From: an uncultured Gemmatimonadales bacterium
GTDB taxonomy: Bacteria > Gemmatimonadota > Gemmatimonadetes > Gemmatimonadales > GWC2-71-9
Direction of reading: 5' to 3'
Assembly: GCA_963798915.1 (NCBI GenBank)
Contig: CAWCVB010000002.1
Span: 160,001 to 224,000, forward strand
Length of the DNA stretch: 64,000 bases
Positions 53,481-64,000 of this stretch are shown in pieces. Below the pieces are notes generated by a model that was not told where the DNA came from, searched no databases, and worked only from the letters and a program-made list of their open reading frames with translations. Within the stretch, counting starts at the first letter, position 1. Every line of letters starts with the position of its first letter. The position numbers and the translations under genes were made by a program.

Positions 53481-56152
53481 GGCTTCACCTTCGCCACCAA
53501 TTCGGGAAACCAGTTCTCTGCGTACGTCAGGTCGCCGTGCACTCCGGACAACTCACGGATCATCACGAAACGCTGATCATCTGGGGTCACGTCATATTCC
53601 TGCCGGTTCGAGGCGACGCGATACGAATTCAGGCGGAAGAGCGGACGCGGGTCCGCCGCGACGAGCCCGGCGCCCGGTGCGAACGCCGCGACCATCATCT
53701 GGTCACCGCTCTTGTAGAAGAGCTCGCGGCCGCTGTGTGCCCATCGCGGCTCGGCACCGCCGTTGCGGGAAACAAGCTGCCGTGATGTCGCCTGGGGAAA
53801 GGGCGACACGTAGATCTCATCCCGACCGGTCGCGTCGCCGGTGTAGGCGATCCAGCGTCCGTCCGGAGAGAGCGCGATCTCCGTCGTGAGGCTCGGATCC
53901 ACCAGGATCGGCACCAGCGCCGTGTCGCCGTCGAGGCGGCGCGCGCGGATGTTCGAGTCATCGTTGCCGTTCTCGTCCGATCGCACGATGAGCCACCTGC
54001 CATCGTGGGAATACTCCGCCTCCCAGATGCCCCAGGTGTGGTGCATCACGAGATGCGGCTCGGCGCTCCCGTTGACGGGGACCTGGTAGAGGTCGAAATC
54101 ATCCTGGCTCTGACCGCCCTGCCGATTGGTGGAAAAGATCACGGACTTCCCGTCGGGCGTCCACGCCGGCCGCCAGTTGACGGTGCCCGCGTCGGTCAGC
54201 TTCTGGCGGGTGCCGTCGGCATGCCGGATCCAGAGTTGCGTCGTCGCGTCGGTCACGCTGACGGCCAGCATGGTACCGTCTGGGGAGAGCGCCGGATACT
54301 GAAAATCGCTGTGCCACGTTGAATCGATCGGCACTGCACTTCCACTCCGGCTGACCCACGTCAGTTCCGAGTGCTCGCTACCCTCCGGTGAGGTGGTATA
54401 GAGGATCGTCCCCGTGCGTGACGTCGCGAAGTCGCCGGGAACGACGTCCGCAATCACGGGAGTCGGACCGGTCGTGGGGGTAAGCTTGTCGAGGTCGAAC
54501 CCCATGGCGTAGAGGCCGCCCGCCCGATCGGTGTAGAGGAGATGGCCGGTGGGGGAATACCATGCGCCGACGGCCTGTCGCACCAGCGTCCGCTCACTCA
54601 TCGTCCGAAGATCGAAGACCCGGACGGTCGATTCGATGGCGGGATTGCCGGGGCAGTCGGTGAACAGGAATCCCCGGCTGTCCGGGAGTGGAGCGATGGT
54701 CACGATCGAGCGGCCCGCCGACATCTCGCTGGGCGTGATCGGTCTGGCGACCCCGCCAGCATCGGCGATCTGGCCGAGCCATGCGCCCTGGATCGAGTAG
54801 ATGATGGTGCCGTTGTCGAGCCAGGCGGCCGCAGTGTACTGCAGGTCGCCGTTGTCGGCGAGCGTGACTGAGCCGCCGCCGTCGATCGGTACCTTCTTGA
54901 GCTTTCCATCGGCGGTGCGATAGCCGACCCAGCGCCCGTCCGGGGAAAAGAACGGCGACAACGCGCCGTCGGTCCCGGCGATGGGCATCGGCGCTGCCTC
55001 GCTCCGGAGCTTGCGCATGAGGTGAAATGCGCCGCGGCTGGAATCGGAATAGACGATACTCGAACCGTCCGGTGCGATCGCCGCCTGGGTGGCCGAGTAG
55101 GTACCACCAGCCCCGAGCAGGGGGGCAAGCGGGTTTTGCCAGAGCGAGACCCGCTGGCGACTGAGCGCCACTTTCGGTGCCGGTCGGAGCCAGCCCACCG
55201 CCGCGGCGACCATGGCCACCGCCGCGAATGCCACGGTCGCCCACCAGGTTCGACGGGACAGGCCACCGCGGCCCGCCGTCCCAGCGGTGGCAGCCGTGCT
55301 GTCCACCGTCGTGAACGCCGGGTTGGCCAGTGCCTCGGCGAACGCCTTGGCGCTCCCGAAGCGGTCGGCGGGCAACTTCTCCAGCGACTTCGCCAGCGCG
55401 GCCGCCACGTTCGGCGGCACCGACTTCCGGTACTTTGTCACCGGCTCGGCCGGCTCGGCGATGATCTTCATAATGATCTGCTGCGCCGAGTGCCCGATGT
55501 GCGGTGGCTCGCCAGCGAGCATCTCGTAGAGCACGCTGCCGAGCGAGTAGATGTCGCTCCGGCCGGTGATCTCCTTGTCGGCGGTCGCCTGCTCGGGACT
55601 CATGTAATGCGGCGTGCCGAGCGAGAGGCCGGTCTCGGTCATCCGCCCGCCGGCGGCGGCCGAGACGGCCAGCGCAATCCCGAAGTCCATTACCATCGGC
55701 CGGCCGTCGTGCAGCAGGATGTTCTCGGGCTTGATGTCCCGATGGATCACGCCGTGGCGATGGGCGTAGTCGAGCGCGTCCGCCACCTCGGTGGTGATCT
55801 TGACCGCCTCCTCGATGCCGAGCTGGGTCTCGCGGTTGAGCTTCCCCCGGATGGTTTCGCCCTCGATGTAGGGCATGACGTAGTACAGCTGGCCGCCGGC
55901 TTCGCCAGAGTCGAAGAGGGGCAGGATATGCGGATGACTGAGCGCCGCGGTGGTCTTGATTTCCTGGACGAAGCGTTCGGCGCCGAGGACGGCGGCGAGC
56001 TCCGGCCGCAGCACCTTGATGGCGACCCGGCGCTCGTGCTTGAGGTCCTCGGCGAGGTAGACCGTGGCCATGCCGCCGGCGCCGAGCTCGCGCTCGATGA
56101 CATACCGCTCGCGCAGGCTGGCCCTGAGTGCGTCCATGCCCACCTCGCTCAT
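53477..56152 (-). CDS. Receptor-like Ser/Thr kinase with TM and TolB/PD40 propeller (K2)
   Basis: Same kinase motifs, TM helix and SPDG repeats; ENWF C-terminus; ATGA overlaps on both sides. Confidence 0.95.
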   Translation of the reverse strand: MSEVGMDALRASLRERYVIERELGAGGMATVYLAEDLKHERRVAIKVLRPELAAVLGAERFVQEIKTTAALSHPHILPLFDSGEAGGQLYYVMPYIEGETIRGKLNRETQLGIEEAVKITTEVADALDYAHRHGVIHRDIKPENILLHDGRPMVMDFGIALAVSAAAGGRMTETGLSLGTPHYMSPEQATADKEITGRSDIYSLGSVLYEMLAGEPPHIGHSAQQIIMKIIAEPAEPVTKYRKSVPPNVAAALAKSLEKLPADRFGSAKAFAEALANPAFTTVDSTAATAGTAGRGGLSRRTWWATVAFAAVAMVAAAVGWLRPAPKVALSRQRVSLWQNPLAPLLGAGGTYSATQAAIAPDGSSIVYSDSSRGAFHLMRKLRSEAAPMPIAGTDGALSPFFSPDGRWVGYRTADGKLKKVPIDGGGSVTLADNGDLQYTAAAWLDNGTIIYSIQGAWLGQIADAGGVARPITPSEMSAGRSIVTIAPLPDSRGFLFTDCPGNPAIESTVRVFDLRTMSERTLVRQAVGAWYSPTGHLLYTDRAGGLYAMGFDLDKLTPTTGPTPVIADVVPGDFATSRTGTILYTTSPEGSEHSELTWVSRSGSAVPIDSTWHSDFQYPALSPDGTMLAVSVTDATTQLWIRHADGTRQKLTDAGTVNWRPAWTPDGKSVIFSTNRQGGQSQDDFDLYQVPVNGSAEPHLVMHHTWGIWEAEYSHDGRWLIVRSDENGNDDSNIRARRLDGDTALVPILVDPSLTTEIALSPDGRWIAYTGDATGRDEIYVSPFPQATSRQLVSRNGGAEPRWAHSGRELFYKSGDQMMVAAFAPGAGLVAADPRPLFRLNSYRVASNRQEYDVTPDDQRFVMIRELSGVHGDLTYAENWFPELVAKVKP

Positions 56153-58806
56153 TGGGCAGCTCCCTCGCGGCGGATCCGCGCCCGAACCTCATTCGCGAAT
56201 CCGTAGAACACCTGCAATTGCGGGGCCTCGGCGCTCTTGACCATCAGGAACCGGCTTCCGTCGAGAGAGACGTCGTAATTGGCATGCGGGGCCTGGGCAA
56301 ACATGTACTCGTCCGTGAAGAGTGGCGAGCGGCTTGTGACGGCGATACCCGCACTGGTCGTCACGGTGGCTGCCATGAGATTGCGCCCGTCGCGGTAGAA
56401 GATCCGTCGGCCATCGCGGGACCAGACCGGTTCGGCGCCGCGACCCGACGAGATCTGCACAAGTGGCCCGGGGCCAGGGAAGGGTTGCACGAACACCTGA
56501 TCGAAGCCCGAGGCATCACTGACGAAGGCGATCCACTTGCCGTCGGGAGAGAAGCGCGGCTGGGCCTCGATGAACCCGGACGCGGCGAACGGCCGGGAGG
56601 TCGTGTCGCCCACCAGCCCCCGGACCATGATGTCAGCCTGATGCTCCCCGCCATCGTCAACCTGATAGGCAAGCGCCTTCCCATCGGGCGCGATGACGCC
56701 CTCGTAGTACTGGTGTCGACTATCGGTCTGGAGTGGCGTCGCCGCACTGCTCATGTCCACCGGCTGCCACCAGATGCTGGTACGGGACCCTCGCGTCGAC
56801 CGGAACAGGACCCGCTGCCCATCGGGAGTCCACTCGGGACGGTCGTTGAGTGCATCGGTGTTGGTGAGGCGTGTCTGCGTGGCTGAGGCGATGTCGTAGA
56901 GCCAGATGTCGGAACGGCCGCCTCCACCGATCGCCATGGCGAAGCGGCGCCCGTCGGGTGAGAGCCGCGGGAAGGCGTAGACCTGCGAATCGGGGAGGAT
57001 CGGCGCGAACCTTCCCTCCAGGTCGACCCACCCGACCCAGGCGGCGGTGTGTGCCTTCTGGAAGACCAGTGTTCCACCTGGCGAGAGCGCCGCCTCACTT
57101 GCCCCGGCGACGCTGGTCAGCACGTCGGCGCCGAGGGGCACCGGACTGGAGGTCAGATTGCCGCCGGCCACGTCGAGCCGGACCGCCGAGAGGGCGCCGG
57201 CCGGGTTCACGTAGACCAGGACGTCGTCAATCATCCCGAGTACGTCGCGAATGAGGAGATCGACCCGCTGCACCTCGTTGGTCTTGAGCGAGAGGATGCC
57301 GAGGGTCACCTGGGTCACACCGCCCACTGGCTGGATCCCGAAAAGGACGTGTTCCCCATCGGGGAGGGCGCGCGGTTGCTCGAAGTAGACATCTCCCCTG
57401 GCCGTATCGGGCACCGCGATCAGCCGGGCGGTGCCGCCTGCCGCGGGCAGCGTCATCACGCCGGGAGTCGAGGCGGTCACGATGCTGCCGTTGGAAGCCC
57501 AGCTGAGGCCGATCGAACCGGGGCCGACGGTGCCGACCATGATCGGTGTGCCGCCGCTCAGCTCCACTCTCCAGACCACGTTGCGGACGAGGTACGCCAC
57601 CGACTTCCCGTCGGGCGAGAAGCCCGGTTGCTGGGCGCCATCCGTGCCGGCCATGATCCGGGCTTCGGCCTCACCGATCGGACGGATGGCGAGACGCACC
57701 GTGCCATCGCGATCGACCACCGAGTAGGCGATGGTCCCGCCGTCGGGAGAGACGGCCACGTTGGTTCCCGCCGCCGCGTTGTTGACCAGGATGGAGGCGG
57801 AGCGGGGGATGGCAAACCGGATCATCGGCTCCGGCCGGTCGCGATGCGCGGCCCGCCACTGCACAGCGGCGAGGGCGAGTGCGGCCACGAGCGCGAGGCC
57901 CATGACCGCCATCGCGCGCTGGCTCGTCCCGCGAGCGATGGCACCGAAGCCCGTCGCGCTGGTGGTCCCGGTGGTGAACCCCGGATCGGCCAGCGCGTCG
58001 GCAAACTCCTTCGCGGTGGCGAAGCGATCGGCGGGCAGCTTCTCCAGCCCCTTGGCGAGCGCAGCCGCGACATTGGCCGGCACGCTCTTGCGATACCTGG
58101 TGACCGGCTGGGCCTCCTCGGCCACGATCTTCATGATGATCTGCTGCGCCGAGCTTCCGGTGTGGGGCGGATTGCCGGTGAGCATCTCGTAGCAGACGCT
58201 CGCGATCGAGTAGATGTCGCTCCGGCCGGTGATCTCCTTGTCCGCCGTGGCCTGCTCGGGGCTCATGTAATGCGGGGTACCGAGCGAGAGCCCGGTTTCG
58301 GTCATCCGGCCGCCCGCGGCGGCTGAGACCGCCAGGGCGATGCCGAAGTCGGCGACCATCGGCCGACCATCATGCAGCAGGATGTTCTCTGGCTTGATGT
58401 CACGGTGGACCACGCCGTGGCGGTGGGCGTAGTCGAGGGCGTCGGCGACCTCGCGGGTGATCCGGACCGCCTCGTCCACGCCCAGCTGGGTCTCGCGGTT
58501 CAGCTTGTCGCGAAGGGTTTCCCCTTCGATGTACGGCATGGCATACCACAGCAATCCGCCGGACTCGCCGCTGTCAAAGAGCGGCAGGATGTGCGGGTGC
58601 TGGAGCTGGGCGGTGGTGGTGATCTCCTGGACGAATCGCTCGGCGCCGAGGACGGCGGCGAGTTCGGGCTTGAGGACCTTGATCGCCACCTGCCGCTTGT
58701 GCTTGAGGTCCTCGGCCAGGTAGACCGTGGCCATGCCGCCCTGCCCGAGCTCGCGCTCGATGCGGTAGCGGTCGGACAACGCCGCCGTGAGTCGATCCAT
58801 GCTCAC
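56149..58806 (-). CDS. Receptor-like Ser/Thr kinase with TM and TolB/PD40 propeller (K3)
   Basis: Same architecture; start is GTG 58806 or ATG 58800. Confidence 0.95.
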   Translation of the reverse strand: MSMDRLTAALSDRYRIERELGQGGMATVYLAEDLKHKRQVAIKVLKPELAAVLGAERFVQEITTTAQLQHPHILPLFDSGESGGLLWYAMPYIEGETLRDKLNRETQLGVDEAVRITREVADALDYAHRHGVVHRDIKPENILLHDGRPMVADFGIALAVSAAAGGRMTETGLSLGTPHYMSPEQATADKEITGRSDIYSIASVCYEMLTGNPPHTGSSAQQIIMKIVAEEAQPVTRYRKSVPANVAAALAKGLEKLPADRFATAKEFADALADPGFTTGTTSATGFGAIARGTSQRAMAVMGLALVAALALAAVQWRAAHRDRPEPMIRFAIPRSASILVNNAAAGTNVAVSPDGGTIAYSVVDRDGTVRLAIRPIGEAEARIMAGTDGAQQPGFSPDGKSVAYLVRNVVWRVELSGGTPIMVGTVGPGSIGLSWASNGSIVTASTPGVMTLPAAGGTARLIAVPDTARGDVYFEQPRALPDGEHVLFGIQPVGGVTQVTLGILSLKTNEVQRVDLLIRDVLGMIDDVLVYVNPAGALSAVRLDVAGGNLTSSPVPLGADVLTSVAGASEAALSPGGTLVFQKAHTAAWVGWVDLEGRFAPILPDSQVYAFPRLSPDGRRFAMAIGGGGRSDIWLYDIASATQTRLTNTDALNDRPEWTPDGQRVLFRSTRGSRTSIWWQPVDMSSAATPLQTDSRHQYYEGVIAPDGKALAYQVDDGGEHQADIMVRGLVGDTTSRPFAASGFIEAQPRFSPDGKWIAFVSDASGFDQVFVQPFPGPGPLVQISSGRGAEPVWSRDGRRIFYRDGRNLMAATVTTSAGIAVTSRSPLFTDEYMFAQAPHANYDVSLDGSRFLMVKSAEAPQLQVFYGFANEVRARIRREGAAQ

Positions 58807-61433
58807 TGGGCTACCTTCCGCCGGAGCGTGGACGTCCAGTTGATGATCACGTGCATCGGGAGTGCCTCCGGCCTGGCAATGGGAGTCACCAGCAGGAATC
58901 GGGAGCCATCCGGGGTAACGTCGTACCCGGCCGTGCGATGATCGAGCTGGCCTGCATCGGGCTTCTGGAACAGAACAGCCGGCGACCCGACCTTGGGAGT
59001 GGCCGGGTCGAAGGGCACGGCCAGCATCGCGCTCCCCTGCCGATAGACGATCTCGCGGCCGCCCCTGGTCCAGCGCGGCTGGTTGCCACCATCCGCGGAG
59101 ACCAGGAGGCGGCCGGCATGACCGTCCAGGGCCCGGACGTACACCTGCGCATTGCCGTTCTGGTCCGACTGGTCGTAGGCCAGCCAGCGTCCATCCGGCG
59201 AGATCGCGGCATCGCGCTGAGGTCCCGGCTGATCATCGAAGACCCGGGGCGTGCCCCCCGCAAGATCGAGCAGCATGATCCGGTCGCGGTCCACCACCTC
59301 CGAATAGGCCAGTGTCCGGCCGTCCGGGGAAATCGCCTGGGCACGCTTGTCGTACGGCGTGGCCACGACAGCGGTGTCGGGAGCGGAGGCGTCGATGGCC
59401 ATCCGGTGCAGGTCGTACACCGGGTCTTCGAATGTGTAGATGATCGAGCGGCTGTCGGGCATCCAGACCGCGTTGAAGGCAGCGCCCTGCGCATGCGTGA
59501 GCTGCGACAGGACCCCTCGCGTGCGATCGAAGAGCCAGACATCACGCTTCGGTTCCGTCTGGCTCAGTGCGATCCACCGGCCATCAGGTGACAGCCTCGG
59601 TTCTGCCCAGGATCCCGCCTGCGGCAGGGCCGCCTGCTCATTCCCGGCGCGATCCGACCAGATAACGCGGCGATCGACCTTCCACTCCGAACCCTTCAGG
59701 TAGACGAGGGTGCCATTGTCGGACACCGCAAATCCTGCCAGGCCATCCTGCGGCTGCCAGGCGAGATCCTCGATCACCGGCGTCGCCGTGCCGCTCACCT
59801 TGAGCGTTGCCGGATCGAACCGCACGGCAAACACTGCCCCGCTGCGCGCGTACAGGAGGTAGCCGCCGGTCACGTAGCGGCCGAAGACGGCGCCCTGGAC
59901 CAGGGTGGTGCGCCGGCCGGTGGCAAGATCGACTGCCTCGACTCGTGCACGATCGAGGGGCGTCGCATAGCTCGTGAAGATGGCGGCCTTGTCGCCGGGC
60001 AGGACCTGGGGCCACCAGTGGTTGAATTCCCGGCGCGCGGTGTCGAGGGAGGTCACCCGGACAGCTGTGCCGCCCGAGGACGAAACCCGCCAGAGCCCGC
60101 CATTCGACTTGGCATAGAACACGAAACCGTCATCCATGCTCCAGCCGGAGCCGCCCGCGCTGTTCGAATCAGAGAGTTCGGTCGCCGGGCCTCCCTCAGC
60201 AGGAATCTTGTACATGTTCCCACGTCGCGTGAAGGCGATCCACTTGCCGTCGTGAGAAATCGTGGGGTCCTCGATATCGTCCGCGCCCGGAATCTGCGTG
60301 ATGGTCGTTGATCCGAGGTCCCGACGGGCCAGGCGACTGACACCTAAAGAATCTTCCACCTCCTGAAGGATCCACCGGCCATCAGGGGAGATGTCGACAA
60401 ACGCGCGGTCCCGCCCGCCATCCCCGAGTCGCAGTGCGAACTCCACCGGCATCGTGGTGGCCGGCTTCGTGGTGACGCCTCGCATCAGCCAGCCCGCGGC
60501 CACCGCCAGGATCCCCAGCGCGGCGGCAGCGAGCACGGCGGTACGGCGCGACCCGAATGGAGGGTTCCGGACGGCCCGTGTCCGCGTCGGGCTGCTGATT
60601 CCCTCCGTCCTGCCATTCAGTGCTGCGGCAAACTCGGCGGCCGACGCGAAGCGGTCGGCGGGGAGCTTCTCCAGTGCCGTGAAGACCGCGGCCTCGACGT
60701 GGGGCGGTACGCTCTTCCGCTGGATGGTGAGTGGCCGCGGCTCCTCGGTCATCACCCGGGCGATGATCGCCTGTGCCGTGGGCCCGCTGAAGGGCGGCTC
60801 GCCCACCAGCATCTCATAGGTCACACAGCCCAGCGCATAGACATCGCTCCGCGCCGTGATCTCCCGCTCGCCCATCGCCTGCTCGGGGCTCATGTAGTGG
60901 GGCGTACCCAGCGACATCCCCGTTTCGGTCATCCGGGTGCCGGCCCCGCTGCTCGCGGCCAGGGCAATACCGAAGTCGGCCACGAGGGCACTGCCGTCGT
61001 GCAGCAGGATGTTCTCGGGCTTGATGTCGCGGTGGATCACGTCGTGGCGGTGGGCATAGTCGAGCGCGCCGGCCACCTCGGTGGCGATCCGCACCGCGTC
61101 GCCCACCGGCAGCTGCTTCTCCCGCACCAGCCGGTCGCGGAGCGACTCGCCCTCGACGTAGGGCATGACGTACCAGAGCATGCCGCCGCTGTCCCCCGAG
61201 TCGATCAGGGCCAGGATGTGCGGGTGCTGCAGGTTGGCGGTGGTGCGGATCTCGGCGAGGAAGCGCTCGGCGCCAATCACGGCGGCGAGCTCGGGCTTCA
61301 GGACCTTGATCGCCACCTTGCGCTGGTGCTTGAGGTCTTCGGCCAGGTACACCGTGGCCATGCCACCGGCGCCGAGCTCGCGCTCGATCCGGTAGCGGTC
61401 GGCGAGTGATGCCCTGAGCGACTCGATGCTCAT
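58803..61433 (-). CDS. Receptor-like Ser/Thr kinase with TM and TolB/PD40 propeller (K4)
   Basis: Same architecture; GGAGGAG RBS before ATG 61433. Confidence 0.95.
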   Translation of the reverse strand: MSIESLRASLADRYRIERELGAGGMATVYLAEDLKHQRKVAIKVLKPELAAVIGAERFLAEIRTTANLQHPHILALIDSGDSGGMLWYVMPYVEGESLRDRLVREKQLPVGDAVRIATEVAGALDYAHRHDVIHRDIKPENILLHDGSALVADFGIALAASSGAGTRMTETGMSLGTPHYMSPEQAMGEREITARSDVYALGCVTYEMLVGEPPFSGPTAQAIIARVMTEEPRPLTIQRKSVPPHVEAAVFTALEKLPADRFASAAEFAAALNGRTEGISSPTRTRAVRNPPFGSRRTAVLAAAALGILAVAAGWLMRGVTTKPATTMPVEFALRLGDGGRDRAFVDISPDGRWILQEVEDSLGVSRLARRDLGSTTITQIPGADDIEDPTISHDGKWIAFTRRGNMYKIPAEGGPATELSDSNSAGGSGWSMDDGFVFYAKSNGGLWRVSSSGGTAVRVTSLDTARREFNHWWPQVLPGDKAAIFTSYATPLDRARVEAVDLATGRRTTLVQGAVFGRYVTGGYLLYARSGAVFAVRFDPATLKVSGTATPVIEDLAWQPQDGLAGFAVSDNGTLVYLKGSEWKVDRRVIWSDRAGNEQAALPQAGSWAEPRLSPDGRWIALSQTEPKRDVWLFDRTRGVLSQLTHAQGAAFNAVWMPDSRSIIYTFEDPVYDLHRMAIDASAPDTAVVATPYDKRAQAISPDGRTLAYSEVVDRDRIMLLDLAGGTPRVFDDQPGPQRDAAISPDGRWLAYDQSDQNGNAQVYVRALDGHAGRLLVSADGGNQPRWTRGGREIVYRQGSAMLAVPFDPATPKVGSPAVLFQKPDAGQLDHRTAGYDVTPDGSRFLLVTPIARPEALPMHVIINWTSTLRRKVAQ

Positions 61434-61470
61434 GACGCTCCTCCTCCAGGAAGAGAGTCGTAACGTGACC

Positions 61471-64000
61471 TCATCGAGGTGCTCCGCGTCCCGATGCACC
61501 ATCGAGAATCAGCCGGATCGATCGCGCCGAGTGTTCCGATGAGGGGATCTTGATGAGGAACCGCTGTTCATCCGGCGAGACCGCGTAGGGCCGCCCGGAA
61601 TAATTCGCGAAGCGCTGGGTCGCGATCAGCTGCGGCGGCTCGAAGCGCGGCGGTGAACCGGGGTGAACCCGGACCATATACATCTGGGAATTGGACGGGA
61701 AGAAGATCTCGTCGCCCTTCGCGGACCAGTACGGAACATCCCCGTCGAGGCTGGCCGGAGATCCGGTAGATCTCGCCGGTGGGAGGATACGGTTCGACAA
61801 GGACACCCCCAGCCCGGCCCAGGTACGCCACCCACCGGTCGTCGGGGGAGAACGTCGGACCATAGGCGCCCCCGGCCTGCCCACCCAGCGCGACAACCTC
61901 CGGCGGGGAACTGCCATCGAGGGCAACCCGATAGTTGCTGAGCTGGTCTTCGCCTGCCAGCGACTGATCCGCCGGCGAGCCGAGCAGGAAGCGATCGTCG
62001 TGCGTGAGGCCGAATGGGTAGATGCTCGACCGGGCCAGCGTATCCACTTGCCCCGGGCGACGGGGATCCATTCGGACCAGCACTCCTCCGGGGAGCCCGG
62101 CAATGACATACCTGCCGTCGCGGGTCCAGCGACTCTGCGAGGCCCTGAGATGGGTGAGGAGCCGGGTTCGATTCCCGCTTCGGAGATCGTAGAGCCAGAG
62201 TTCGAGCGCCCCGGACACCGCAGGGATCGCGACGACCACGCGCGTGCCGTCCGGGGAGACGTCGGTCCCCATCGAGTTGGCGGCGGGGAAGGGCAGCGTG
62301 TCCACTCGGCCACGGCGATCGAGCCAGGCCAGCACGCCGAGATGCGCATCGGTCCCGGCGATATAGGCGATCGTCCCGTTGGCCGCAGAGGCGACCTGGG
62401 ACTGCTGGGTCCACGACTCCTGCCTGACGCCGGTGGCGACGAGGACGGGTTCACCCGACGTCGCCAGGCGATCGGGGTCGAAGCGGATCGACAGCAGGGT
62501 GCCGTCGGGGCTGGTGTAGATGAGGTGTCCATCGTCGCGATACAAGGGTGTGTTGCCGATCAGCGCATCGTCCGGGATCGGATGACCAACCTGCCACACC
62601 CGGGCCTCGCCGGACCGGACCAGCACCCGATGCTCCCCGGTCGCCAGCTCGTAGGCGAGCAGGAAGGTGAATCCCTGGTCCGAGACGCCGGTGCACAGGA
62701 TCCTGCCGTCGTCGGGCAGGAGACTCATCGTCTTGGTGCATTCCTGACGGGCGTCGCCATTCAGGCGGACCGCCTGCCCTCCCGAGGCCGACACGCGCAA
62801 CAGGGCCGACTGCGAGAGATCGGAAGTGAAGAGGATGTCGCCAGTCCGGGTCCAGACGCCGCCGGTCGTCTGGCTTGCCTCGGCCAGGGTGGTGACCGGG
62901 CCTCCGGTCGTCGCCACCTTGCGCAACTGGTTGTCGGCGAAGAACCCGATCCAGGCCCCGTCCGGGGAGAAGAAGGGATGGAAGGCGCCCTCGGTGCCAG
63001 CGAGCGGCGTCGCCTCGAAACGATCGAGCGGTCGGACGTAGATCCGGGGACGGCTGCCGCCTCCGCCGACGTAGGCGAGTGTCTTCCCATCATTGGAGAG
63101 CGCAATCGCGGTCTGTCCCACTCCGATCGTCGCTTCTCCGATGAACTCGACCGGCGCTGAATCCGGGAGCACGATGTCGGCCCTGGTCGTGCCTGAGGTT
63201 CCGGTGATCTCCCGGGGCCGCAGCCAGCCCCAGGCGGCGAGAGCGAGGGCCAGCAGAGCGGCGGCAGGCCAGACCAGACGCAGGGCCGTCGGTCGGGCGG
63301 CACGCCGGGTTCCAGTGGTGTGCCGCGTCGCGGTGCCGCTCCCCTCCAGCGCGGCCGCAAACTCGGCGGCGGTGGCGAAGCGGTCGGCGGGGAGCTTGGC
63401 GAGGGCCGTGAGCACCGCGTCCTCGACCGCCTGGGGCACCGTGTCGCGGACGTTGGACGGCGGAGCCGGCTTCTCGGTCACCACCTTGGCGACGATCGCC
63501 TGCGCGGTGCTGCCGGTGAACGGCGGATCGCCGGTCAGCATCTCGTAGAGCACGCAGCCCAGCGCATAGACGTCGCTCCGGGCGGTGATCTCGCGCTCGC
63601 CCATCGCCTGCTCCGGGCTCATGTAGTGCGGCGTGCCGAGACTCATGCCCGTCTCGGTCATCCGGGTGCCGGCGGTGCTGGCGGCCAGCGCGATGCCGAA
63701 ATCGGCCACGAGCGCGCTGCCGTCGTGCAGCAGGATGTTCTCCGGTTTGATGTCGCGATGGATCACCCCGTGGCGGTGGGCATAGTCGAGCGCACTCGCC
63801 ACCTCGCCGGTGATACGCAGCGCGTCCGGGATCGGCAGCTGCTTCTCGCGCGTCAGCCGGTCGCGGAGTGATTCGCCCTCGATGAACGGCATCGCATACC
63901 AGAGCAGTCCGCCGGCATCACCCGAGTCGATCAGCCCCAGGATGTGCGGATGCTGCAGGTTCGCGGTGGTCTTGATCTCCTTGAGGAAGCGATCGGCGCC
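61471..64000 (-). CDS. Receptor-like Ser/Thr kinase with TM and TolB/PD40 propeller (K5), 5'-truncated, frameshift near 61753
   Basis: Frame is open to the window edge (GADRFLKEIKTTANLQHPHI); last blades (PYWSAKGDEIFF, YAVSPDEQRFL) are in the adjacent frame. Confidence 0.9.

Noticed and set aside
50721..64000. Diversity-generating retroelement or prophage explaining the kinase array
   Set aside because: No reverse transcriptase, TR/VR pair, integrase or phage genes seen in the window

Overview
GC-rich bacterial chromosomal segment; gene content suggests a Gemmatimonadota-like organism (inference). It carries housekeeping and metabolic genes (partial ligD, S41 protease, cupredoxin-copA-csoR copper operon, sahR-ahcY, nfo, type III glutamine synthetase, glutamate dehydrogenase, FNT, TMEM175, Ca/H antiporter) and an unusually dense set of signalling genes. 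The standout is a minus-strand array (about 48.1-64 kb, running off the window edge) of at least five receptor-like Ser/Thr kinases. Each has a conserved kinase domain, one TM helix and a divergent TolB/PD40 beta-propeller, and the array is followed by a PP2C phosphatase and a Tat-exported amidase. Also present: an ECF sigma/TPR-kinase pair, a membrane-anchored SARP/BTAD regulator, a CheB-CheR-hybrid kinase gene, a RAYT transposase flanked by REPs and REP-derived tandem arrays, an LVIVD-propeller/multicopper oxidase operon, a probable deleted MocR remnant, and many polarised 7-9 bp repeats at gene boundaries. At least four small frameshifts suggest assembly indels. No rRNA, tRNA or CRISPR array was recognised. 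Family assignments come from motif recognition by eye, not database searches.
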